DNA from: a virus
Reading direction: 5' to 3' (one strand)
IMG/VR virus record: IMGVR_UViG_3300032288_005579
DNA: 64,000 nt
Position 1 is the stretch's first letter. Each line of letters begins with the position of its first letter. The notes below the pieces were generated by a model. The model was not told where the DNA came from, ran no database searches, and saw only the letters and a program-made list of their open reading frames with translations. The position numbers and the translations under genes are program-made. Below, in pieces: positions 47,550 to 56,192 of this stretch.

Positions 47550-47813
47550 ATGCTAATACTATACTTTACTGCTACGTGGTGCGGACCGTGCAAAATGTTC
47601 GGACCTATCGTTAATCAAGTCCAGTCTGAATTACCTAATGTCAATATATCCAAAGTGGATGTAGACGCAGCCGTAAATCAGCAGATCGTGTCAACGTATA
47701 GAGTAAATTCGGTACCGACCATGGTCTTTGTTAAAGACGGAGTGGAACTGTTCAGAAAAAGTGGAGCGATGAGCAAACAGGAGTTAGTTACAACAATTCA
47801 ACGGTATGCTTGA
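47550..47813 (+). CDS. trxA: Thioredoxin
   Basis: FTATWCGPCK, VNSVPT. Confidence 0.93.
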   Translation: MLILYFTATWCGPCKMFGPIVNQVQSELPNVNISKVDVDAAVNQQIVSTYRVNSVPTMVFVKDGVELFRKSGAMSKQELVTTIQRYA

Positions 47814-48237
47814 AACAATCTATTATCTGAAATACAAGATCGGTGACTTCATGCGATCAGTTCCTTACGGCTTAAGAAATCTAATAAAGTGGAGGAAGAC
47901 CATTTGGAACGATAGAGACTACGATTATTATTACATTTACGAGATCCTAAAAAAGAAACTGGAATTTGTAGCAGAACACACCGAAAAGCATTCTATGCTT
48001 GAGAACTCTGAACAACATGCTAAAGACATACGAGAGTGCATAAGATTGATCCACGCCTTGCAACACGAAGAGTTTGAAACTCAGGCTGCGGAGAAGTGCA
48101 TATCAACATCGCTCTATGATAACATGTCTAACGAAGAGTTCAAACAGGTTTTTGAAGAAGCACAAAAGAAAACAGACGAAGCAAAATCAAAACTTTTTGA
48201 TACACTCAAAAATAAAATAGAACACTGGTGGGACTGA
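47806..48237 (+). CDS. Hypothetical phage protein
   Basis: NLIKWRKTIWNDRDYDY...EHWWD. Confidence 0.75.
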   Translation: MLETIYYLKYKIGDFMRSVPYGLRNLIKWRKTIWNDRDYDYYYIYEILKKKLEFVAEHTEKHSMLENSEQHAKDIRECIRLIHALQHEEFETQAAEKCISTSLYDNMSNEEFKQVFEEAQKKTDEAKSKLFDTLKNKIEHWWD

Positions 48238-48461
48238 ATAGTTATAATAAAGTCGTGGACGACATAATAAACGAGATACGTTACATACAAAGTACACCGT
48301 ATTCGAATTGGATTTCGGCTATGGGTAAGAAGTTAAGAGTAGACAAATTACACAGAAAATTAGATGACATCGGATACAGAGGAGAAAGACCACCAAGAAA
48401 CTGGAACCAACTATCAAACACAGAAAAAGACAACGACTATGAAAGCCATATTGGAATTTGA
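48228..48461 (+). CDS. Hypothetical protein
   Basis: 77 aa, overlapping both neighbours. Confidence 0.5.
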   Translation: MGLNSYNKVVDDIINEIRYIQSTPYSNWISAMGKKLRVDKLHRKLDDIGYRGERPPRNWNQLSNTEKDNDYESHIGI

Positions 48462-48672
48462 ACTGCCGGACGATGAACAGTATTTCGAAGTTGCCGCTAA
48501 AGGAAAAGATCTGTACCTAGTTTTGTGGGAAATGGACCAATACCTTCGCGCTAAGTTGAAATACGGAGACGATACCATGAGCGATGAAACTTACAAAGCT
48601 TTAGAGGATGCAAGGGATCACTTGCGTAATTTGATGGATGAGCACGGTGTCAACTACGAAATGTTGAGATAG
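48439..48672 (+). CDS. Hypothetical phage protein
   Basis: MKAILEFELPDD start at 48439. Confidence 0.7.
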   Translation: MKAILEFELPDDEQYFEVAAKGKDLYLVLWEMDQYLRAKLKYGDDTMSDETYKALEDARDHLRNLMDEHGVNYEMLR

Positions 48673-48676
48673 TAGC

Positions 48677-48865
48677 ATGAGAAGCAAAGCACTCAAACGC
48701 AAAACCCTAACTGATCTGGAATGCCTGGACGGAAAATATAACGTAGGCAGTTTGGTAACATTAGATTGGCCGTGGGTCAGCAGGGAAGAGGCAGAAGAGA
48801 TCTTGGACATATCTAATGCTGAGGTCGATGCCATATTGGAATACGTCCTCGAGATGAGAGACTGA
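48677..48865 (+). CDS. Hypothetical protein
   Basis: 62 aa. Confidence 0.55.
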   Translation: MRSKALKRKTLTDLECLDGKYNVGSLVTLDWPWVSREEAEEILDISNAEVDAILEYVLEMRD

Positions 48866-48887
48866 AATCGAAATTAATCTTACTGGA

Positions 48888-48980
48888 AACCAAGCAGTTA
48901 CATAACTCGTTGGTTGTCAACGCGAAAGATTTAGGGGCCCCTATGTCCCGTATCGTGGATTTTGCGGATATTTACCCTGT
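48888..48980 (+). promoter_or_regulatory. Conserved regulatory module, copy B
   Basis: AACCAA-N16-TTGGTT, CTATGTCC, GATATTTACCCTGT at the same spacing as copy A. Confidence 0.65.
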
Positions 48981-49010
48981 AATTGAATGACTAACCAACC
49001 AAAATCCAAT

Positions 49011-49970
49011 ATGGCAAAGAAAAGCCTCACTTACGCCCAGCAGTACTACATCAAGATGAAAGCCAAAAAGGCCGGTATGTCCGTCGAGGACTACATGTCC
49101 TCAGATATGTACAACGGGGGTAAGCGCACTGTACGCGAAAAATCCGTAGGCTTCTCACCGAGGAACCTGATCACTGAACGCAACATCGTTTTCGACCGAG
49201 TGCGTTCGCTGAGCGAGCTCAACGTCAACGACGATATGCTCCGACTCAACAAGACTGGCCTCGCTCTCGACTCAATGTTCTCACACGAGGGCGGCATACC
49301 TGTAGGCACCAATATCATGTGCACAGGCGACCCCGGTGTAGGTAAAACTACGGTGCTCATGCACGCACTGTCCAATCTGCAGTCCAAAAATCCCGACCTC
49401 AAGTGTCTGTTCATCAGCGCCGAGATGTCCAAAATCCAGGTGTTCAAGTACATGAAGCGTTTCCCAGCATTCGCTAACCTCGAGACGCTGTTCACCAGCG
49501 ATTACCTCGACTGCAACATGAAGGACGTCATCGAACAGCTGCTAGACAAAGGCTACGACTACATACTCATGGACTCCATCGTCGAAGTGCTCGACTCAGT
49601 CAAAGAGGATTGCCATTGGTCACAGGGCCAGGCAGAAAAGTGGCTCATCGAGCTCTGCGTCAAGCACAACGAAGCACGCAACAAAGCGAGTAAGTATACT
49701 ACCTTCCTCCTCATCCAACAGGTGACCAAAGCGGGTGTGTTCGTGGGCTCTAACAAGATGAAGCACATCACCGACGCCCACCTCGAGATCAAGCGCGAGA
49801 GCGAGCGAGACGGCGGTGGCACTTACCTCTTCTTTGCTAAGAACAGGAACGGCCGTGCAGGTGTTAGGTACCCCTTCCAACTGGCATCTTCAGCGATCTA
49901 CTACGATCAGGAAATCCCATCAGAGGTTTTGCAAGGTGATCGCATTCTTGTATTGGAAAACCAAATCTAA
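49011..49970 (+). CDS. RadA/Sms-like RecA-fold ATPase (no N-terminal zinc finger, no Lon-like domain)
   Basis: GDPGVGKTT, ISAEMS, LMDSI, QVTKAG.FVGSNKMKH..DA, KNRNG. Confidence 0.8.
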   Translation: MAKKSLTYAQQYYIKMKAKKAGMSVEDYMSSDMYNGGKRTVREKSVGFSPRNLITERNIVFDRVRSLSELNVNDDMLRLNKTGLALDSMFSHEGGIPVGTNIMCTGDPGVGKTTVLMHALSNLQSKNPDLKCLFISAEMSKIQVFKYMKRFPAFANLETLFTSDYLDCNMKDVIEQLLDKGYDYILMDSIVEVLDSVKEDCHWSQGQAEKWLIELCVKHNEARNKASKYTTFLLIQQVTKAGVFVGSNKMKHITDAHLEIKRESERDGGGTYLFFAKNRNGRAGVRYPFQLASSAIYYDQEIPSEVLQGDRILVLENQI

Positions 49971-49975
49971 TAGGC

Positions 49976-50308
49976 ATGAACACGATAGTCACCATAGAGT
50001 CTCACCTGCCAGCAGCAAGCTTCGAATTAGACGGTAAGTATTGGCTGGCATGCGGAGCACAGTGGATAGAAGTGGACCACGTATACACACCAGAGGAGTT
50101 GAAGCAAGCGTGGAAGCATAAGCCACAAGTATTCGATCAACCGATCAAGAAACAAAAGACAGAGGAGAAAATCCACAAAGTAATGGGTAGCACAGGCAAA
50201 GTGTACACTGTCAAACTCAAAGAAGGTAAGTGGAGCTGTAACTGCCCAGCTTCCGAGTTCCACAGGCACACTGAATGTAAGCACATCAAACAAATAAAAA
50301 GCATATGA
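49976..50308 (+). CDS. SWIM zinc-finger protein
   Basis: GSTGKVYTV..WSCNCP..ECKHI. Confidence 0.8.
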   Translation: MNTIVTIESHLPAASFELDGKYWLACGAQWIEVDHVYTPEELKQAWKHKPQVFDQPIKKQKTEEKIHKVMGSTGKVYTVKLKEGKWSCNCPASEFHRHTECKHIKQIKSI

Positions 50309-50613
50309 AAAGGTTATTAGGCAACGTGAACTTCGCAAACGAAAACTGCAATGTATACATTTACCGAGGATCTGCGGGATTCGATGATAACTTCCGCATC
50401 ATACTCGAGTCAGCCGAAGATGGTATGCCTGTAGCAACAGCTTCCACTTGGACAGACAAGTTGGAACGCGGAGAGTTCGCCATAAAGGACTACAGCGAGA
50501 ACGAGGGAATGCTCGACTGTCTCGTAGAGGCACAGATCGTTGAGCGTCCTCACAGACGAGTGCAATCGGGTTTCGTAGAGTTACCCATAGTAAAGTTAAA
50601 TACAAAAAAATAA
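50305..50613 (+). CDS. Hypothetical phage protein
   Basis: FAIKDYSENEGML..LVEAQIV..SGFV. Confidence 0.7.
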   Translation: MKRLLGNVNFANENCNVYIYRGSAGFDDNFRIILESAEDGMPVATASTWTDKLERGEFAIKDYSENEGMLDCLVEAQIVERPHRRVQSGFVELPIVKLNTKK

Positions 50614-50616
50614 AAT

Positions 50617-50910
50617 ATGAACAGATCAGGAATTTGTCCAATCTGCAACGGCACAGGCCGAACCCCAGCGTGCGTAGAATCAAGAAAATACGGATGGTAC
50701 GGATACAATAAAGAGACCGATACCAAGCGGTGTAACAACTGTGGTACCCACGGCATGTATTCTCCTCCGCCCGATGGTCGAGTAGAACTTCGTAAGGACA
50801 ACGGACAACCGTGCGTACACGAGTTCTTAAGCGAACAAATAGGCAGATGTTACCATCGATACACGTGTAAAAATTGTGAAGCTTCCTATACGATAGACTC
50901 AGGAGACTAG
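50617..50910 (+). CDS. Cys-rich zinc-binding protein
   Basis: CPICNGTG, CNNCG, CVH, CKNC. Confidence 0.7.
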   Translation: MNRSGICPICNGTGRTPACVESRKYGWYGYNKETDTKRCNNCGTHGMYSPPPDGRVELRKDNGQPCVHEFLSEQIGRCYHRYTCKNCEASYTIDSGD

Positions 50911-50919
50911 AACAATTTT

Positions 50920-50996
50920 GGGCCCTTAGCTCAGCAGGTTAGAGCAAATGACTCATAATCATTAGGTCGATGGTTCGAACCCATCAGGGCCCACCA
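50920..50996 (+). tRNA. tRNA-Ile2 (CAT, lysidine type)
   Basis: GGGCCCT/AGGGCCC acceptor, TTAGCTCAG..GGTTAGAGC D arm, AATGA-CTCATAA-TCATT, encoded CCA; resembles bacterial Ile2 rather than Met. Confidence 0.85.
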
Positions 50997-51059
50997 AAAA
51001 TTAAAATTTTCAAACGCCATTCTAATTCAGTATATTTACAGAGTAAACAAACAAAGGTT

Positions 51060-51500
51060 ATGTCACAAGAAACAACAATCATCTCCGACGTAAAGTCAAA
51101 AGGTCCTCACGCGAAATTGAAGGGCGACAGATTGAATTGTGCGGTATTGGCGCTGAGTTCCGCCTTTGATCTGCCTTACGATAAGGCAGACGAACACGCC
51201 ACACGCGCATGGAAACGTAAGCGCCGTCACACGACCAAGACAAGAGCCATACTGGAAACGCTTGAATCAAAGGAGCCAGTGTTCGGTAAAACAGTCAAAA
51301 AAATCGATTGCGTCAACGAATATCAGACGCCTAAAAAGCTTGTAAAGTGTAGGAGTAAGCTATACACGTTCCTCAACAAACACACCGAGGGTACATACTA
51401 CGTGTTGGTCAGGAACCACTGCACGGTCATTAAGAACGGAAAGTTGTTGGACAACACCAAACTCGGTATGACGATAGAACGTGCATTCAAAATCGATTGA
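51060..51500 (+). CDS. Hypothetical phage protein
   Basis: Start 51060 after TATATTTAC and the AAAGGTT leader; NCAVLALS, YVLVRNH. Confidence 0.7.
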   Translation: MSQETTIISDVKSKGPHAKLKGDRLNCAVLALSSAFDLPYDKADEHATRAWKRKRRHTTKTRAILETLESKEPVFGKTVKKIDCVNEYQTPKKLVKCRSKLYTFLNKHTEGTYYVLVRNHCTVIKNGKLLDNTKLGMTIERAFKID

Positions 51501-51501
51501 T

Positions 51502-51726
51502 ATGGACGTAGTGCTGTGCAACAAGTGCGAGGGTCGAGGATCCTTCCTTCTTAGAGAACACGACGGTTGTGAAGAGCGTATGTGTAAGAAGTGCTCAGGT
51601 ACCGGTAGGCTTCTCACCAAGCAATACACGGTAGAGATACCCTTCGGCAGTAAACCTCAGCAGTACATTCACGCAGACAAAACTATCATAGAAACAATAA
51701 TGGAATTAAACATTTTGACACGATGA
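51502..51726 (+). CDS. Small protein with DnaJ-like CxxCxGxG repeats
   Basis: CNKCEGRG and CKKCSGTG. Confidence 0.7.
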   Translation: MDVVLCNKCEGRGSFLLREHDGCEERMCKKCSGTGRLLTKQYTVEIPFGSKPQQYIHADKTIIETIMELNILTR

Positions 51727-52028
51727 AAAAATCACAATTTAAATACTGCACAAGGCCCGGCTTTCAAATGACGTTCGAAAACGGATGGACCGTATCGGTG
51801 CAGTGGCACAGCGGAGCATATTGCGATCGCAGAGGTTTAGATTACGCTCCAGGTAGCGAAGAGTTTGGAGATTCTTATACTGCTGAGATCGCAGCGTGGG
51901 ACTCAGAAGGCAATTGGTACGACTTCGGATCAGATCAAGTGCTGGGTTACCAAACTCCAGAACAGGTCGTAACATTCATGCAATACGTAAAACAATTTTC
52001 TAAAAACCAAATAAACACACAATCATGA
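51723..52028 (+). CDS. Hypothetical phage protein
   Basis: GFQMTFENGWTVSVQW..YC, AEIAAWD. Confidence 0.75.
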   Translation: MKKSQFKYCTRPGFQMTFENGWTVSVQWHSGAYCDRRGLDYAPGSEEFGDSYTAEIAAWDSEGNWYDFGSDQVLGYQTPEQVVTFMQYVKQFSKNQINTQS

Positions 52029-52137
52029 ATTCAGAATCAATCATCATGTTCGTATTTGTAGGTATCATCGTAATTTCTACGCCGATCATTATCTACTTTG
52101 CAGACAAAGAGAATCGTCGATAATGTTTTATCGCGTA

Positions 52138-52145
52138 TATTTATA
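52138..52145 (+). promoter_or_regulatory. TATTTATA motif
   Basis: Exact octamer 16 nt before ATG 52162. Confidence 0.55.
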
Positions 52146-52161
52146 AATAAATAAGTTTCAT

Positions 52162-52512
52162 ATGGAAGATAAAGATAAGACAGTTTTTGACGCTTTGACA
52201 AGTTGGATCTCGGAATTGCAAGAGTCCAAAAAGAAAAAAACGATCAACAAACAGGAAGTCATCGATAAGATCAACTCGGTCTTTAACGATAAACAGACTG
52301 TCGAGGTAAATATACTCGTAGACGCGCCTACTAAATTTGAAGGTCTAAGTAAGGACCAAGTAAGCGTATTTCTTAAGATATTCGATGGATATAAGGCGGA
52401 TTTGGATAGGAAATCCGGTGGCTCTGCGACCGTGATAAAGACTACACCCCACCCTGAAGGGTTTGAAGAGATAACTCCGATTCCCAATTTAAGACCCACA
52501 CCTCCAATCTGA
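52162..52512 (+). CDS. Hypothetical protein
   Basis: 116 aa, Pro-rich end. Confidence 0.65.
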   Translation: MEDKDKTVFDALTSWISELQESKKKKTINKQEVIDKINSVFNDKQTVEVNILVDAPTKFEGLSKDQVSVFLKIFDGYKADLDRKSGGSATVIKTTPHPEGFEEITPIPNLRPTPPI

Positions 52513-52514
52513 GT

Positions 52515-53351
52515 ATGCCAATAAACTACGATAAAAATATAGAAGGTTGGTTTAACTTCAGCGAGATTTATCAAGAAGCGGTGGAAGCAGCTCCCCAAGA
52601 AGGAGCCCATTTCGTGGAACTGGGCGTTTTGAAAGGCGCATCTACTTCGTATATGGCGAGTTTGATATATGATTCCAAAAAGAATATTCGCTTCGATGCA
52701 GTAGATTGGTTCAAGGGTTCTGAAGAACACAAGACAATGTCTGGAGTTTTTCCAGCTGGATTAGATGATGAAACTACACGCACGGCTTGGCTCTACGAAT
52801 TAGCGAAAAGCAATTTAAAACCCGCCATAGATTTAGGCATAGTGAACCTGGTAAAGAAATCAGTTAAAGAAGCCATAGTAGAATACCCTGACCAGAGTTT
52901 GGATTTTGTGTATCACGATGCGGGTCACGAGTACGAAGATCTCATGGAAGAACTTCCTGTGATATGGAAGAAGATTAAGCCTGGCGGTTACTTAGCCGGC
53001 CACGATTATTCAAATTGGGGATTTATTGGTGTTTCCCGAGCCGTGAATCTTTTCGCAGAGAGAGCAGGCCGATTACATGTAACATTTAGATCAGGAGAAG
53101 ATACATGGATCATAAGGAAACCATTAACAGATAACGAAAATTCTAAACTAGAAACAATTCCTCAAACCGATTCCAAGGAAATCATACTTAATAATTTAAA
53201 AGCTTGCATAAAAATGTTAGAGCAGTTCACTGTTCAACAATCCTCTCCGCACCAACAAGACGAGATTCAAGAAATACAGTCCCAAGAAATTCTTGAACCT
53301 AAAACAAAGCCTATATCCGAAGATGCGCAAGAGTTTTCATATTTGATCTAG
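52515..53351 (+). CDS. Class I SAM-dependent methyltransferase (Methyltransf_24-like)
   Basis: VELGVLKGAS, VDWFKG, YHDAGHEYE, GGYLAGHDY. Confidence 0.88.
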   Translation: MPINYDKNIEGWFNFSEIYQEAVEAAPQEGAHFVELGVLKGASTSYMASLIYDSKKNIRFDAVDWFKGSEEHKTMSGVFPAGLDDETTRTAWLYELAKSNLKPAIDLGIVNLVKKSVKEAIVEYPDQSLDFVYHDAGHEYEDLMEELPVIWKKIKPGGYLAGHDYSNWGFIGVSRAVNLFAERAGRLHVTFRSGEDTWIIRKPLTDNENSKLETIPQTDSKEIILNNLKACIKMLEQFTVQQSSPHQQDEIQEIQSQEILEPKTKPISEDAQEFSYLI

Positions 53352-53496
53352 TATCAAATTGAGAAATCAAGTGTACCATAATGGTACTATAAAAAGTATA
53401 ACGTTTATTTTTGCGCACTAATAACGACTTTTTAAGATTGGAACGGTTTTTCTATATATTTAATTAGCGTAAAACAACATAACAACACATCAACAA

Positions 53497-54459
53497 ATGA
53501 AAAAATTAATCTCGTTATTCGTATTGGCCATTGCGGCCATTTCCTGTCAAGAGGATACATCCCTCTTTGAAAAGCAAACCCCTAAGTTCGATCAGATCAA
53601 TGCAGCCAGCGGTGCACCAGTTACCAACTACACCACTGCAGCATCCTACGTAAACTCTTACAGCTTCAGCTCGGACTTCAAGACAGTGACCATCACAGTC
53701 GACAAGAGCTCAGCCAGTGCCAAAGCCATCAGTCACATGGTGTTCAAGTTCAACGGTGTCCTTAGCGGCACCGGTTGTACGAGCGGTCCTCTCACTCTGT
53801 CCAACATCACTGCTTTCACCGCAAACGGTGTGGACATGATGGGATTCCTCGGCACCACCGAAGGTCAGAACGATTGCTACGGCATGTTGGCGGATCCGAT
53901 CGTTAAACTCGGTCAAGGATTCTCTGATCCGATTGTGGTATTTGTAATCACGTTCGACGTACCTGTATTGGACGGCACATTCCTCATCAAAGCAGGATCT
54001 GCAAACTCCCCGACCGGTGGAGGCTGTTTCGGTCTCAACAACACTAACTACAGCTTCTCACGCACTTGCGTAGTTGATCTTCCTAAGTGTTACCAAGAAG
54101 ATACTGGTTGGGCAGCAGGATCTCGCTACGTTACTCGAGGCAATTGGGCCACATATACCACTTATACATCAGGCGCAACAGTTAACATCTACGCAGGTCA
54201 GAACAAATGGGCTGGCACTGCAACCATGTCAGCTGTGACAAACGGCAATGTGACAATAACTATTGCTCTTAACGAAGGCTGGAGCCTACAAGAAGTGAGC
54301 AATCCCGTTAAAGTGCAGGGATACAGTGTAGCACCCACCGGTAATCCTTCACCAGGTAGATTCTCATCGAAAGGCGCGTCTCTCACTGTGACAGTTCCCT
54401 TTGCAAATTACTACGGCATCCACCTCGATGTTAAGCAATTAGTTGAATGTCCTCAATAA
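53497..54459 (+). CDS. Putative surface lipoprotein, beta-rich
   Basis: MKKLISLFVLAIAAISC-QED signal II; Thr/Ser/Gly-rich; several Cys. Confidence 0.7.
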   Translation: MKKLISLFVLAIAAISCQEDTSLFEKQTPKFDQINAASGAPVTNYTTAASYVNSYSFSSDFKTVTITVDKSSASAKAISHMVFKFNGVLSGTGCTSGPLTLSNITAFTANGVDMMGFLGTTEGQNDCYGMLADPIVKLGQGFSDPIVVFVITFDVPVLDGTFLIKAGSANSPTGGGCFGLNNTNYSFSRTCVVDLPKCYQEDTGWAAGSRYVTRGNWATYTTYTSGATVNIYAGQNKWAGTATMSAVTNGNVTITIALNEGWSLQEVSNPVKVQGYSVAPTGNPSPGRFSSKGASLTVTVPFANYYGIHLDVKQLVECPQ

Positions 54460-54552
54460 ACGAAGAAAGAGAGAAGGAGCTACTCAAGATTTTAGAAAAC
54501 ATAGTTTTCATGGTCTTAGTGGTAGAGCCTAAAGTTGAACAACGCTAAAGCG

Positions 54553-54582
54553 AGAGGAGCCAAAAAGCTCCTCTTTCTTTTT
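54553..54582 (+). terminator. Intrinsic terminator
   Basis: AGAGGAGC-caaaaa-GCTCCTCT followed by TTCTTTTT. Confidence 0.85.
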
Positions 54583-54611
54583 GTCTGATATTTATTTGTA
54601 TACAAGACGCC

Positions 54612-54971
54612 ATGATAAAATTAATGTCTCTATTAAATGAATTGGATTTTGGATTCGGTATGGGTACAACAGAACCGGACTACGAAGATAAGACAATAGA
54701 GGTGACTATCAATGATGGTCTTCAAATAAGAAAACCTGTGAAGGTTAAGGGCCAAGCGCACGTAGGGAAATTACCCGGAACAGATCTTCCTATAATATCA
54801 ATGATGGTACACAAATTGGGAGATAAGCTGGAGTACAAAATAGTTTGGAATTCAAAACAGAAGACATATAATCTATTAGGAAATGATAGGGCTGTATTTG
54901 AACCAGAGAATGATGAAGCATTGAATATGTTCTTAAAATTAAGAAAGAAGAGAGAAAAAACTTCTGCGTAA
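54612..54971 (+). CDS. MIKL-leader protein
   Basis: Starts MIKLMSLLNE; TATTTATT variant at 54589. Confidence 0.7.
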   Translation: MIKLMSLLNELDFGFGMGTTEPDYEDKTIEVTINDGLQIRKPVKVKGQAHVGKLPGTDLPIISMMVHKLGDKLEYKIVWNSKQKTYNLLGNDRAVFEPENDEALNMFLKLRKKREKTSA

Positions 54972-54975
54972 AAAC

Positions 54976-55266
54976 ATGAAAGCTTTTATTTTTGTAGTAT
55001 TAATAACCTTGTTTTCTGGATGCGCTGCATTCGTTGGTGTGTACGACGAAGACGGTATGTATTCCACCATGAATCGCAGAGTACAGATCAGACCCAGATA
55101 TTCTCCCTTTTACTATCCGTCTTATTATTATGATCCGTATAGATTCTATTATCCATACAGTATAAATGCGCCCAACGTGATCATAATAAAACCCAATGAG
55201 AGCCACAATAGCGGAGTTCAGAGGCATAATTATTCAGGACCAAGAAGAGGATCAAGAAATAAATGA
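54976..55266 (+). CDS. Putative small lipoprotein, Tyr/Pro-rich
   Basis: MKAFIFVVLITLFSGC lipobox. Confidence 0.6.
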   Translation: MKAFIFVVLITLFSGCAAFVGVYDEDGMYSTMNRRVQIRPRYSPFYYPSYYYDPYRFYYPYSINAPNVIIIKPNESHNSGVQRHNYSGPRRGSRNK

Positions 55267-55278
55267 TTAATTTAAAAT

Positions 55279-56139
55279 ATGAAAGATTTCTTCTTTGCGT
55301 ATACGGTTATAGGCCCGAAAAGAATTAGACGCATACAAAATACACTAACAAATTTTCCAAAGAATTCTAACATACTGATTGTAACGAATACGCCTGAGAT
55401 GTTCGATGGTGTTTCGACAGATTGCAACTTATACGTCGTAAACATAGAGGATTTAAGAACAGACAAGAATCGAGAGCAAGAACCTTTGATCTGTTCCACA
55501 AACGATGAGGAGTACGATGCAATATACAATTCTCGTATACACACTCGCGAGAGATTTCCAGGTCCAGTCATCAGACACGCTATGTTTTGGTTACTTAAAA
55601 ACAATGCAACCAAATTTGCACTCATAGATCCGGGTTGTGCGCCTTTACGGGCAACAGAGGTGATCAATGATCTATCGAACACCACTTCCCACCAAAACAT
55701 AATACTATTAAATCCGCTGGGAAACATTCAAAGTGGAACAAATTTAAAATACATGATAGAGAGCGCGAACTGTTTAGACATCGTAGAGTCTTGCGGTGTA
55801 GACCTCAGTGAACCTAAAACCGCTTCTTTTAGATGGAGATTGGATAATCAAACAGACGACGTAAAATTAGAGAAAACAGTGGGGAGCGAGGGTTACATGT
55901 ACGGATATTGGTTCAACAACAAAGAGAGATTGGATCTCTACTATCATCTATGGAATTCGATATCAGAGAGGATCGTAGAAACAGGCAAATCTCACGGGTG
56001 TTTGGAAGGAACGGGTTGGTCTATAGAGCAAGCAGCGGATATGGTCAATAATGTATTCGCATTTCATTTCGATACGCTTTTAGCAGGTCACAACGATATT
56101 ATAAAACACGTATACACAAGTCTTTGGCCGAAGACATAA
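55279..56139 (+). CDS. Hypothetical protein (possible GT-A fold)
   Basis: 286 aa ahead of the second sugar block; no clear motif. Confidence 0.6.
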   Translation: MKDFFFAYTVIGPKRIRRIQNTLTNFPKNSNILIVTNTPEMFDGVSTDCNLYVVNIEDLRTDKNREQEPLICSTNDEEYDAIYNSRIHTRERFPGPVIRHAMFWLLKNNATKFALIDPGCAPLRATEVINDLSNTTSHQNIILLNPLGNIQSGTNLKYMIESANCLDIVESCGVDLSEPKTASFRWRLDNQTDDVKLEKTVGSEGYMYGYWFNNKERLDLYYHLWNSISERIVETGKSHGCLEGTGWSIEQAADMVNNVFAFHFDTLLAGHNDIIKHVYTSLWPKT

Positions 56140-56155
56140 TAAATGCTGAAACACA

Positions 56156-56163
56156 TATTTATA
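56156..56163 (+). promoter_or_regulatory. TATTTATA motif
   Basis: Exact octamer 29 nt before ATG 56193. Confidence 0.55.
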
Positions 56164-56192
56164 GCCAGATAGGTCAAAAACACTAAAACGTT

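Noticed and set aside
52138-52149. TATTTATA sites as T4-type TATAAATA late promoters firing on the minus strand
   Set aside because: The motif sits just upstream of same-strand starts and flips with the one minus-strand operon; no minus-strand genes lie downstream of the reversed reading. The single sense TATAAATA at 52142 overlaps a TATTTATA.
53464-54548. Second 5'/3' panhandle around the lipoprotein gene (TTAGCGT/ACGCTAA plus CAAC/GTTG)
   Set aside because: Only 7+4 bp split by a 4x4 loop; compatible with chance.
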